Positions 22,876-35,193 of a stretch of DNA of 35,736 nt are shown in pieces. The notes under the pieces are model-generated. The model was not told where the DNA came from, did not search any database, and saw nothing but the letters and a program-made list of their open reading frames with translations. The position numbers and the translations under genes are program-made. Position 1 is the stretch's first letter, and every line of letters begins with the position of its first letter. Origin of the DNA: Octopus bimaculoides (taxonomy: Eukaryota); assembly GCF_001194135.2 (NCBI RefSeq), contig NC_068985.1, positions 38,159,578-38,195,313 on the forward strand, written 5' to 3'.

Positions 22876-25800
22876 TTACATACATATCCTACCGTTGTCA
22901 TCACAGCGAAGGCCATGCCGGGGCTATTTTTTGTTGCCTTGTGTATAGTCATGTGTTCAGTGATATTCTTGTTGTTGTTCTGTATACGTAACATACATAG
23001 CCTCTTACTTGGCGAAGCATTGAAATGGTGAACTGGCCTACTTTGGTTGCAGTCTTTTGGTCAGTAACTTATTAACATATTCCCAATGAACTCGATATTA
23101 GAATAAACCTCGCGAGTTGTACAAAAAGAATTGGTGGTTTGCTGAACTGCAATTTACCAAATGTGAATCTAATGTTGCATTCATTTGAAAAATACAAATC
23201 TGATATGATATAATATACACGAGCACCACCAGTCGGTTGTAAATTCTAATTTAGGTCAGCATAGGAGTCCTTCAGCCTGCTAGAAACGGAAGCTACAGTC
23301 TTCAAAACTGTGCTCGGCAAAGGATGTGGTCCGAAACATGATGTCAGAAATAAAGATGTGACATTCACAAGCGAAACGTCTTTCGTTATAGGTCTGTTCT
23401 CTCAAGGCCGAACTAGAGATAAACCGCAACAAATTGGAACTTATTTAGTTATTGATTTATTTATTCACTACCAAAACCTTATACTTGATACTCTACTACA
23501 AATAATTAACAACAAACATCGCAATCCTAACCTGAATAAATAATAGCGTTACAGTGCCACATACACATAATTGGAGAAACAAACAAAGCAAAAATAAAGC
23601 AAAAGAATAATCTGTAATCATAAAACATTCCCAGCTAATTTGATAAGGAACAGCAGTTATCACGTGATATATCCCAAATCCGACTTTTGGCCTGAATCTC
23701 ACTACGAAAAAACGCGTATTTAGCTTGATTACATAGATTCGGTATAAACTTCAGCTCAGACTCTTCCTGGTCGGGTTGTTATTGACTTACACAAACGGAA
23801 CAGACACGTACACAGCCCTCACCACAAGGCATAAACCTTCTTCTCCTCTTCTCTCTCTCCCTCTCTCTCTTTCTTTCTCTTACGCTTTCTATCTCTCTTT
23901 CTCGTGTGCTTCTATTTGCTCTTTACATTCACGTAGATCTAGATAGATGCACCTGTGCATAGAGAGATCTTGAGCGGCTATATCATTTCCAGATAAGATA
24001 TCGAAGCTTGTGATGCTTGCATTCACTACTACATGTCTAACGATTTCGTAAAACATTATCTGTCACAGTTCCATCCCCACATCTTCCTTTCTTCAATCGC
24101 CTCTTTTGAAATAAATCCTTCGTTCTAAGTCTATGCTTCTCACACACCATATCTCTCTTTCATTCTGCCGTTCTCCTCTTTTTTTCTCCCTTTTTTTCTT
24201 TCCTTACTCTACAATAATCAGTAAGTTGATAATCTCCTCCTGTACGTACATGTAAATACATGCATATATGTGTAAACGTATGTATGTGTGTGTGTGTATG
24301 TATATGTGTATGTTACTCTGTCTGTCTGAGTATGTATGTGTGTATCCATGTATGCATGCTTATTTGCGTGTATGCAAATATACCAGATACATGTGTATGT
24401 GTGTATGTATATATGTGAGTGTGTGTGTGTGGCTGTAAGAAAACGCTGTAATTAAACAAATGTTTCACTTTACAAATATTGGGACGGTGCATAATTATTG
24501 CGGCTTTTTTTCAACAAATTTTATTCAACAAAAACAAAAACAACATGTAACAAAAACAACTCTAAATGATTATTCCGGAGCATATTCACCATCTACTTCA
24601 ATTACTGCTTCCCATTTGCTTGGCAGACGGTCAGACCGTCATTTAAAGATGTTTTTGTTAAATACTGTTATTGTTTTTGTTGAATGAAATTTGTTGAAAA
24701 ACAGCCGCAATAATTATGCACCAACCCAATATGTTTTAACTTACACATATTGTAAGCTATTTAATCTTCAAAGAATAATAAATACATTCAACATAATTAT
24801 ATACGAAGTCCTACTTTCGAATTCCTGTCGTCTTGTAATTATTTCGTGGTCTCTGTGTAAGAATGCATGCATAGACAGAAACTTGTATTCTCGCAATGAA
24901 ATGTGAAATTTAGTGAATTCTTGAGTCTGGAGATTATCTCTCCTTCTCGCACGGACAAGGGGAGATAATATATATTGATTTTTCCCCACTTTCTTTTTTT
25001 CATATCTTTTCCTCCCCAACTCCCACTCCTCTCGTTTCGTCTATTCCTACATTTCTTCCTCTCTGTACGACCTTTTCTTTTCCTCTCCTTCACTCTTTGC
25101 CTTTCTCTTTACCCCTCATTACCCGTTCTCCCTCGCTCTCCATCTCATTTTTTATTTTATCCAATGCCTGATGCAATGTGCGTTCATATATACTGATACA
25201 CTTACAATTTTTTAAATAATTAAAAATAATTAACTGCAGTTTACTTTCGTCTTATCTCTTCTTGGTAGGAACCAGCGATATCATAGTTTCAAAACAACCA
25301 TTGCTTAATTGCTGTCTTTGAAATTGTATGACGAAAACAAGTATATGTATAGTAATATATACTACATACACTTGTACATTGGAAATAGAGGTGTGACATC
25401 TGCGTGGTCGCTTAGCCGACTAAAAGTACCTCAAATTACATTTTTCCTTTGTATAAAGGAAAGTCATTATGAATAATAGATTCCAAGACATAGAATGTTT
25501 CGAAAGAAACCTTCTGGATGGTCATGATTAGAAATCCCTTAATCATACACAGGATCTGCTGAATAATAGATGACATGAGGTTAAACTATCATATATATAT
25601 AGATTTGCTGAATCGTGGTTTATCTGCAGCTAAGCAATCATAAACAGATCTATTAAATCAACGATAAGCAACAACGTTGGCTGAAAGTTTATGAAAGTTT
25701 TCCAAAAAGCATACGAAAGAATTAAACACAGAAGAGAGATGAAGAGAGAAAGCTGACAGAAGCAGAGAATAATGGAAGGGAATGAGAGAATAAGAGGCTG

Positions 25801-26654
25801 TATAGAAATATGCGTACGTGCATATATCTTTGTGAATTTGAATGTGTTTAGTAAGAGTGGTTTCCTGCGAATGATCATAACAGATGCAGAATCTAGTTAA
25901 ACGTCTATAATTCTAGAATATTACCAAAATAATTACTCAATATATCATAAAATATGTGCTTTATTGATTATCACAGCTTAATGGATGACAATAGATTTTC
26001 TCACTGTATTAAAATTACATGTGCACTAGTTTTAAAGTCATGAGCTATCAAGGAGCCGTGCGCAAATGAATGATGTTTAATGGGGACATCTTGTTGGAAT
26101 TGAGTAGAATGTAGGAAACAGTTAAATGTCTATGAATAGAAAGTACAATTGTCCGGGGAAAGCAGTGATATACTCTATGTGTGAGTGTGTGCGCGCGCGT
26201 AAACATATAATACGTTCTGCAAATCAGAATAATATCGTGTGCTGTGAGAATGTGAGTTGTAACGTCGCAAGTTTAAACTGCTGAAGATAACATTGAGCCA
26301 CGGTTTAACACGACCACCTGGTTCTTGGGTGCCTACGGCGGAGTTCCCTCTGTAAGAAATCCTTATATCATGTTTCCCTTTTGCTGATATCGCTTATAGT
26401 CTTTTGTGCTACTTGATGTTGCATACGTACTTACTTACATACACGCATACATACGCATAGCTATACGTACACATGCATACTTGAGTGCATCACATATATA
26501 CTTTCAATCGAAGGTAATATCATGAGATCAAAACGAAGAACTTCTAAACAGCTACTCTGAGCGTACAGCTGTTCCATGTGAATCAAAGATGGCTAGTCTT
26601 GACCTACCTAAACAGGGATTTGAAGCAAAAATACCCACCATACCAGTAGAAAGT

Positions 26655-26845
26655 TACGAGGGGTTACTGAAAGGCCTGGTTGGAGGCCCAACCTTCCGAG
26701 TTTTTTATAGGGCTTAGAAAAGCCGAAGGACCGCTGCAATATGCGTATGAATCTGTGAGGGGAATATGTTAAATAAAATCATAATGAAGTAATCCTCTTT
26801 ATTTTCTTTTACCCCAAACCAAGAACTATTCAGCACTCCCTCGTA
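26655..26845 (+). mobile_element. Internally deleted Tc1/mariner element (MITE-like) with TA flanks
   Basis: Ends are TA-cgaggggttactgaa ... ttcagcactccctcg-TA (imperfect TIRs, 12/15). Interior reads GLEKPKDRCNMRMNL*GEYVK*, a decayed form of the mariner transposase C-terminus (RW.KC...G.YVE*). Confidence 0.8.
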
Positions 26846-26911
26846 AGCACGTGTACATATCCTGCAAGTTAGAGAATGCCAAAAACTTTGACCAGAATAC
26901 TAACATCACCT

Positions 26912-27282
26912 GTTGGCACTCCGTCGCTTACGACGACGAGGGTTCCAGTTGATCCGATCAACGGAACAGCCTGCTCGTGAAATTAACGTGCAAGTGGCTG
27001 AGCACTCCACAGACACGTGTACCCTTAACGTAGTTCTCGGGGATATTCAGCGTGACAAGGCTGACCTTTTGGATAAATGGTACAACAGAAACAGGAAGTA
27101 AGAGTGAGAGAAAGTCGTGGTGAAAGCGTACAGCAGGGTTCGCCACCATCCCTTACCGGAGCCTCGTGGAGCTTTAGGTGTTTTCGGTCAATAAACACTC
27201 ACAACACCCGGTCTGGGAATCGAAACCACGATCTTATGACCGCGAGTCCGCTGCCCTAACAACTGGGCCATTGTGCCTCCAC
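26912..27282 (-). mobile_element. Full-length family B SINE
   Basis: Reverse complement of 20747-21126; flanked by TAA(C/T)ATCACCT at 26901-26911 and 27285-27295 (TSD, one mismatch). Confidence 0.9.
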
Positions 27283-27618
27283 AGTAATATCACCTAGACC
27301 TGCGATAAATATATTACATCTCGTCTAGATGGCTACACCTTTCCACCGGAATCTTCGGGCCCTGAATGTCAAAAGGAGTCAAGATGAGCATTAGTAAACG
27401 CTGTGGGAAGGTAAATGAAGGCTGTGATATGGAGGTAGTAGTTGAGAAGGCAGGAGACAGAAAGGGACAGGCCGGAGGCTGATTACGAAGGTTAACTGAC
27501 CTATAGCCTGGTAGATTTTAATTCTAAAGAGTTTCGAATTAATCTATACATGAATTTATTTTAGGTTTTGATGTATTTAATTTCAATATCTTAAATGATC
27601 TTCCTCTCGTCATTGCAG

Positions 27619-27766
27619 ACAACTCCTGGATTCCGTGTGAACAAAAAAGTGGGAACTTTATACATCGCCAGTGCTCAGGCAGAGGATAGCGGCAGCTATG
27701 CCTGTGTCGCAAATACCACAGGTCAACCTCTAGAAGTCTCCAGTCGGGCATATCTCACAGTAAAAA
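27619..27766 (+). CDS. PTK7: PTK7-like exon C (C-terminal half of about Ig5)
   Basis: Acceptor tcgtcattgcag, donor AAAA|gtaagt; 148 nt, phase 0 to 1. Translates TTPGFRVNKKVGTLYIASAQAEDSGSYACVANTTGQPLEVSSRAYLTVK, completing the domain begun in exon B across a 16,803-nt intron. Confidence 0.9.
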
Positions 27767-28089
27767 GTAAGTAGATGCTCTTTTCCATATTGTCTTTCAT
27801 AAACACGCACGCGCGCGCAGGTACACACGCACTCACAAATTCTCTAGTGTCTTAGTGATGATTTTAGGTGTTATTTTTGTTAGTTTCTAATGGACATTTG
27901 CTCCACGAGATCTATTATTATAATTGCAATTCTTATTTATAAACCTCTGTTATGCACATATATATGTATATATATCTTAGTGTGCGTGTACAAATAGCCA
28001 CTTCGTATAGATACCTATGCTAGATTCTCTAACAAGAAAAGAAAAATCATGGATGTCAATGGGTATTTCATGAACAGCGTAAAAATATT

Positions 28090-28389
28090 CTTTGTTAGAA
28101 TGCACGGGCAATACACACACACACAGACACAGCTAACACACTAAGATATGTATGTATGTGTATGTATATATATGTATATATGTATATATATATATGTATA
28201 TATGAATGAATATATATTTGTATTAATATGTATATATTTACATATATTCATACATATATATACATACATACATACATACATACATGTGTGTGTGTGTGTG
28301 TNNNNNNNNNNNNNNNNNNNNNNNNNNNNNNNNNNNNNNNNNNNNNNNNNNNNNNNNNNNNNNNNNNNNNNNNNNNNNNNNNNNNNNNN

Positions 28390-28420
<31 letters not shown>

Positions 28421-28746
28421 TATATATACACACATATATATATAGCCAACATATATATACAGATATAGGTGTGTGTGTGTTTGTGCACTTAGGTGAAATG
28501 GTAAAAATCTAGGAGGAAGTACATAAAATAGAGATGGATGAAGAAGAGGGAGAAGAAGGAGAGAGGGATATAGTGAGATGGTGTCTGTAGGCTATGTTTA
28601 GAATATTTATTTTGGCTTAGTGTCAGAAATGCATGCCAATCCTTGATTTACTATTTTCTGTTTTCAGCAAACTTGGTCTTTCTAATAGGAAGTGGTGCCT
28701 AAAAAGATAGATCACAATGATTTTCTTACATGCACATACTTACATA

Positions 28747-28824
<78 letters not shown>

Positions 28825-28950
28825 GATATATAGTTAGACAGATATATATTATATGTGTGTGTGTTTATATATGCATGTATGTGTGTATTGCGTATTGTGT
28901 ATCTTTCTCACACTCTCTCTGCAGACACATATGTGTGTGTGTTTGTATAT
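28090..28950. repeat. Cluster of (AT)/(GT)/(TACA) microsatellites, gap 28302-28389
   Basis: Direct reading. Confidence 0.9.
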
Positions 28951-29998
28951 GTATATATGTGTGTGTGGACAAAGCCGATGAGAGTGGAAGTGAATCAGTT
29001 TCTCTGTGTGTGTTATTTGTATGTGTAAGGAAGACAAAAGGGAAAGATGGAAGCGAGAAAGCCTAGGAGAGGGATCTTGCCGATCAAATATTTCTCTTTG
29101 AAACATTATATAATTCTTCTAGCGAAACGCCATTCAGCACGTCTGCTCTTTAAGCTTTGTTACCAGTTGAGATATTTTTGGACACAATGAAACCTAGTGC
29201 GGCTGACTTTTGTCTGTCCGTACGTGAATGAGTTCCTTAAACCTAACAAGAAGCAAATTTTTATCATAATTCTCAATACAGTTCCTATATTGAAAGCAAT
29301 TTACTGCACGACCACTTATCTTGCAACAAGCTGTTATTGGAGAAATCCTGTATTTTTTAGTAATTCCTTTCACGAAACATGTACTGTTCTAGATGCTTAT
29401 TTCTATTGTAGTTGATAGCTTTTCGAATTTAGGAGGACACAATTCTTCCTTATTTAAATTTCTTGTTTAAAGCAAACCTGCCCGCGAAACTTTGTGTTAA
29501 TACACAAATGTAGTTGTTATGAAGCTCAATGAATGTAACTACATGCTGAACTTTATACTCTGCTGTAGTGAAGAACGTTCTGGAATTCCTGATACATTTC
29601 TTTCCGAATATCACTTATAACATCCTACATTCGCGTTCACTTCACATACGTGCTTGTTATCTTAGTTCAAGACATGAATTTCATAAGATGCTGTTTATCT
29701 AGATTTACTATGTATATTTATTTGTTTTTGCATGGTGCAATTTTGATGTGAGATATCTTGTTTATGAGTGGATGATACCTGTAAAATGAATGTTATGAAA
29801 AAAAGAAGGTTGATATTATTTGGTTACCGGTAACATCGTCAACGTTACAAGAGAAAGAAATATAGATAGAAGTCTCCATGGCTCAAATAGAAATATTTTA
29901 TAAATTACCATTACTAATTGCTCAGCTGTTGTTTCGTATACAATATTTTATATGATCCGAAAGAAAGTAAAACCAGATGCCTTCATTTTGCTTTTCAG

Positions 29999-30265
29999 AA
30001 AAATTACGTTTTAGTCCGGCACCAGAAGATCACAGACTTGAACTGAGTTTTGAATCCACAATAGAATGTAAAGCCGAGGCAGAAACTCGTCCAGCGATTA
30101 CATGGCTAAAGGATGGGCGTGAACAGTTCCCTACACACGTCAGCCAAGACAAAGGAGTACTTTACTTTCACGGTGTGCGCAAGTCTGATGCTGGGTATTA
30201 CACTTGTATTGCCGTCAGTGAACGCCAAGGTATCATAAATGCCACGATTACAGTAGAAGTTGTGG
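29999..30265 (+). CDS. PTK7: PTK7-like exon D (one complete Ig domain, about Ig6)
   Basis: Acceptor ttttgcttttcag, donor GTGG|gtaaga; 267 nt, phase 1 to 1. Translates (K)KLRFSPAPEDHRLELSFESTIECKAEAETRPAITWLKDGREQFPTHVSQDKGVLYFHGVRKSDAGYYTCIAVSERQGIINATITVEVV. Closely parallels recalled human PTK7 Ig6 (EKLKFTPPP...CSATGREKPTIKW...GTLHFARVTRDDAGNYTCIASNGPQGQIRAHVQLTV). Confidence 0.92.
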
Positions 30266-31583
30266 GTAAGAGACATTTATACTTTTCTGCATCTCTTCCT
30301 TGATTTGATTTATCACTTCTGTGCAATTTAAGTTTTAATTAAATTTTATTAATAACATTAAATGATATAAATCATTTAAGCTACGTTTCTTCTCCACTGA
30401 CTCACGGCAGTTCGAACCTACGCCTCTTACGAATGTCACATGGAGAAAGATAAATGACAAATTATTTAAGCTAGCCATTTTCTTTTATCGACACTGTGAT
30501 TCGAACTGGTTATATGTAAGAAGGAAGTCTAAAAGAAGTTTGGGATGACATGAAAATTGCAGTTCTGAATCATTAAAATCACCAAAACTTTCTAAATTTT
30601 GATTGGTCAAAACATTCTGCGCCACAAAGAGGACCTCCTGAATATAGAATGTTTCCTTTTTATATATCAACGCTCCAAGCAGACATATTTTTAACATTGA
30701 CCATTAATAATACGTACAAGGAATCGTAATTATTCAGTTAGATTTTAATTAAATTGAACAGCAAACAGAAAACAACTGATACTATATAAAATTAACCAAT
30801 TTTTCATTCAATAATTTATTTGAATTTTTAAAGCGATGCCTGATATATTTCAAAATAAAATTAGTGACAGCAGCTATATTACAACGGTCAGTCAACTAGG
30901 AAAGTCGGAAATATATGCAGTATTGTATCGCCACCCATACAGAAACAATACGTAAATCCTGTCTCTATTTATGATGACAGATACTAATGCTACTATCAGT
31001 TCTACTATATCAAATGAATGAGGGAAATCAGTGTTATTTCTCACAGAGTTAATCCGTGATTTATGGGGTTTATTGGCCTTAGTTGGTTGTCTCCTACTTT
31101 TTGTCTCCCACAAGCACACACATAAACATAAGCATGCGTGCGCACTCACACACGAATATACACACTGTTAGCACAAATACACCCAAACATCACACCAAGC
31201 ACACACTCTGAATTTTATTTAATGTTTCTGCATTTGCCGGTGGAGCCTTCACTGTTCATGTCAAGGAAGATCCCACACTCGTCGCTTTTTTGTAGCAAAA
31301 AAGCAAAAAAAAAAAAAANNNNNNNNNNNNNNNNNNNNNNNNNNNNNNNNNNNNNNNNNNNNNNNNNNNNNNNNNNNNNNNNNNNNNNNNNNNNNNNNNN
31401 NNNNNNNNNNNNNNNNNNNNNNNNNNNNNNNNNNNNNNNNNNNNNNNNNNNNNNNNNNNNNNNNNNNNNNNNNNNNNNNNNNNNNNNNNNNNNNNNNNNN
31501 NNNNNNNNNNNNNNNNCCCCCCCCCCCCCCACTAGATTTCAGTCCTTATGCCTGTACTAGAAAGGATTATTATTATCATTATC

Positions 31584-31870
31584 GAGGGCGCATAGCCTAG
31601 TTGTTAGGGTGTTGTACTCACGATCGCGAGATCGTGGTTTCAGTTCCTAGACTGGGTGGTGTGTTGTGTTCTTGAGCAAAACACTTCATATCGCGTCGCT
31701 CTGCGATCACGTCGACACCTGACACGTGGTACACGGTGCACCTGTTCAAGCAACGTCAATTTGATGGATTGGGGTGAACTAATGTACAGCACGAACATTT
31801 ATCTGATCACTATAAACAAATCATTTGGCAAAAGTTGAATATTCATACGTCGTCTTCGACGGGAGAGTCC
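31584..31870 (+). mobile_element. tRNA-derived SINE, family D
   Basis: gagggcgcatagcctagttgttagggtgttgtactcacgatcgcgagatcgtggtttcagttcc head, gtgttgtgttcttgagcaaaacactt core; flanked by (ATT/ATC)n on both sides. Confidence 0.8.
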
Positions 31871-32589
31871 ATCATCATCATCATTATTATTATTGTTATT
31901 ATTATTATTATTATTATTGTTGTTGTTGTTATTTTCTACGAGGTCGAGTGCTTATGTTGTCGGTCTCTCTTGTGCACTCGTTAATGTTATAATTATTTGT
32001 AGTTTTCTCGACTATCTTCTGTGGAATATATCTCTGCGTTACAAAGCGCGCAACAGCAGAATATGCTAAAAAGAAAGTCTACGGATATCGAGAGATTCTG
32101 TTATATATGTTTCCAGTTAAAGAAAACCCAGTTGTTGAAATGATATCAAAAGCACAAATATTAGCTTCTTTCAGAGACATCTGATACAAGGCTATATAAA
32201 ATTGTAGTGTCGAATCTTCTGACTGAAATGCAAAACTGTACTCAGATGGTATTAGCTTAAAAAGAGACATAACCATTTCTTTAACATTTGTGAACCACAT
32301 GCTCCTATTAAAGGTTCATCAAATCCAAGGAGTCGTCGGGGTAAAAATTCAAGCTTTATGTATACATTTAATGTAACGTACGTATATACGTGCCTATGCA
32401 TAGATGTATGTATGTATGTATATATGTACGTGTAGGAGTATGCGTATATGTGTACCCAAATTTATGTATAAATTCCAGTGCACACACGAGCAATATAAAG
32501 ATTTTTATGGGTACAATCATCTAAATTACTCAAACACTCATACACAGATGTACGTTATAGACATATACATACATACATATAATTATATA

Positions 32590-32634
32590 TATGTGTACAC
32601 ACCCCCACATATATATATATATATATATATACAG

Positions 32635-32666
<32 letters not shown>

Positions 32667-32975
32667 TCAAACACATACACACACACACAGAACGTGAGAG
32701 AGAAAGAGACAGATAGATAGAAAGATAGATACATACACACACACACGCATTCATATATATATATATATACCTAAACACCGAGGCCTCTTTAACTTGATAA
32801 ATGGCCCTTAATTTAATAGAATCAGACCCCGAACTAAGTATTCGGGCCAATATACACTTATTAGAATCATTTGAGCAGGTATCCCAGCCTGGCCTAAATA
32901 TTTTGACGCAGCTTTTTAAAATAATATCACTAATCAAACCGATACACACGACGCATCTCTCTTTTGTTATATGTG

Positions 32976-33026
<51 letters not shown>

Positions 33027-33142
33027 GTGTGTGTGTGTGTGCATGCATGCGTACGTGTATGCATATATATTTTATACATATGTTATATATATATACACAC
33101 ACACACACACACNNNNNNNNNNNNNNNNNNNNNNNNNNNNNN

Positions 33143-33210
<68 letters not shown>
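32590..33210. repeat. (AT)/(AC)/(GT)/(AG) microsatellite cluster, gap 33113-33142
   Basis: Direct reading. Confidence 0.9.
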
Positions 33211-33215
<5 letters not shown>

Positions 33216-33807
33216 CATTAGAAAACCAAAAGCACATGGGAGCATTTTGGAATTCCTAATAAAGATGTTATTATTCATTTTCTGAAATAATTTTAGACAG
33301 CATGATGTTTGAAACCAACCAACTTCGACAGTTGTGGAATAAAAACCACACCTCCCTGTAAATACGAACGTTGGTTTTATTCATTTTCTGTCATGTTCAT
33401 CACAAAAACAGCACATCTCTATCACCACCACCACCATCACCACAATCGCTATAGTCACCATCTCTGCCACTCTCGAATGCCACCAACATGAAGAATAAGA
33501 AACTCAAGAACAAATGCAATATTGCAGAAATCAATAGAAATAATGTATTTTATATCGTTATCAATTTATTTATTTTTTATGTTCCTTATTGCTTTTCTCC
33601 ATGGTTACGTGTTTGTTTTCGTGTCTTCTCCAAACTCCTTGACTCGATCTGAGATCAATTATGCACACACACACATACACACACGCGCGCGTATCTAAAC
33701 AATTTTAACATCCACGTGCACACACGTGTACATAGATACAAGTATATCTCTACTGTTTCTAATACATCAGCTACTAGAAAAAATACATCATTAGAAATGC
33801 ATATACA

Positions 33808-33847
<40 letters not shown>

Positions 33848-34219
33848 TACACACATACACAGATGCGTGATTAAAGGCACATTTATGGAAAAATAAATCC
33901 TCTCCTACTCCACCATCAAACGACCTATTCACGCTTAGACGAAGTGTTAGTTAACATCTGTTATTTCCAGCTGAATTCTTTAGTTTTAGCTGATGACAAA
34001 TTAGTAGTCTTTATCCGTGCCATGACTGCTTAGATATTGCAATTTAATCTAATTAGGTGGGGTCAGACAGCTTAAATAAACTTCCCGTTGCTGAAGGCGT
34101 TGCGTACAACAACCTCGAATCGACTGCAACGTAATAAATAGTTTATTAACACTCCCGCAACTCACCCTCGACGACAACAACAACAAGAACAATATTAGAA
34201 TTATCGTAACTATGACGAC

Positions 34220-34560
34220 AATAACAATAATAATAATAATAATAACAAAACAGATGTTGATGGCGCTGTTGGTGGTGTTGATAGTGATGGTGGTGGTGAT
34301 GGTGGTGGTGGTGGTTAATGAGCGTGAAGGTGAGGGTGATGTTGAAAGCATGCAGTGATTATAATGGTTGGGATGATATAAGTATTGCAGATATAAGAAT
34401 TAAAAAATATAAGATTAATGATAATAACAAGATGTCGTCGTATCGTCGTCGACGACGACGAGCGCAATGATGATGATGATGATGAAAATTACAATGATGA
34501 TGATAAATACGGCAACGATGGTGATGACGGCAGTGATGGTAGCGGTAGTTGTTATAATTA
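34220..34560. repeat. Degenerate (AAT)/(GGT)/(GAT)/(CGT-GAC) trinucleotide repeats
   Basis: Direct reading. Confidence 0.85.
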
Positions 34561-34915
34561 TATTCGTTATGCATAATTTCTTAATTAGGCATAAATCACG
34601 TAAATGTTTTTGGTTAAGAACGTTAATGCATTCAGTGAGACGCGAAACTCAAACGAGGAATCTGATTCCTGCCATTAGTATTTTCTGCTCGCCTTCACGT
34701 TCACCGTATGGTTACTTCAGTACCAACTGTAAAAAAAAAAATTAAAAAAAAGAAAAATAAAAAAATGTACATTCACCATTACCAACATTGTTATGACTGA
34801 AAATCTTGACATTTTCATATTCATAGTAACACACAGTCAGAGATTTGAAGTCAACGAGAATGATCAAAACATTCAACACAATACAAGACGGTTAGTTAAG
34901 TTTATATCCACAGTT

Positions 34916-35077
34916 ATATAAAAAAAATGGATATACATTATTTACAATTGACGGATATTTATCCTCATCTTGTTTGTTAACACAACGTTTCGGCTGATAT
35001 ACCCCCCAGCCTTCATCAGGTGTCTTGGGGAAATTTTGAACCTGGGTTCTCATTCCTAAGGTATTTTTCGATGTTGC

Positions 35078-35122
<45 letters not shown>

Positions 35123-35193
35123 CATTGAGGTCACTGCCTGGAATCGAACTCGGAATCTTGGGGTTAGTAGCCAGCGCTGTTAACCACTCTCTT
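34916..35193 (-). mobile_element. Composite SINE-like element: tRNA-Thr-like head, (AAT)n, hammerhead-containing tail
   Basis: Minus strand: agtggttaacagcgctggctactaaccccaagattccgagttcgattccaggcagtgacct (B-box 35140-35151), (AAT)n, hammerhead motif, T8 run (34920-34927). Degenerate direct repeats at 34895-34915 and 35194-35214 (17/21). Confidence 0.8.
34979..35024 (-). ncRNA. Minimal type I hammerhead ribozyme, Penelope-type
   Basis: Minus strand GACAC CUGAUGA A GGCUG GGGGGUAUAU CAGCC GAA ACGU U GUGUU: stem I GACAC/GUGUU, core CUGAUGA, stem II GGCUG/CAGCC, GAAA, palindromic ACGU stem III, GUU triplet. Confidence 0.7.

Larger units (their letters stand above)
3342..33142. other. Nine assembly gaps: 3342-3522, 6031-6592, 14328-14998, 15824-15912, 16478-17088, 22709-22782, 28302-28389, 31319-31516, 33113-33142
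   Basis: N-runs, each abutting a simple repeat or homopolymer, typical of short-read scaffolding. Confidence 0.99.

Noticed and set aside
23318-23390. Hammerhead-like GGA-tgtgg-TCC-GAAAC-atgat-GTC and a nearby GAAACGTC
   Set aside because: No CUGANGA strand and no stem I partner; at most a decayed Penelope-type tail.
31284-31530. 9-bp hairpin GCTTTTTTG-tag-CAAAAAAGC, poly-A, gap, poly-C
   Set aside because: Low complexity and abutting an assembly gap, so it cannot be interpreted.
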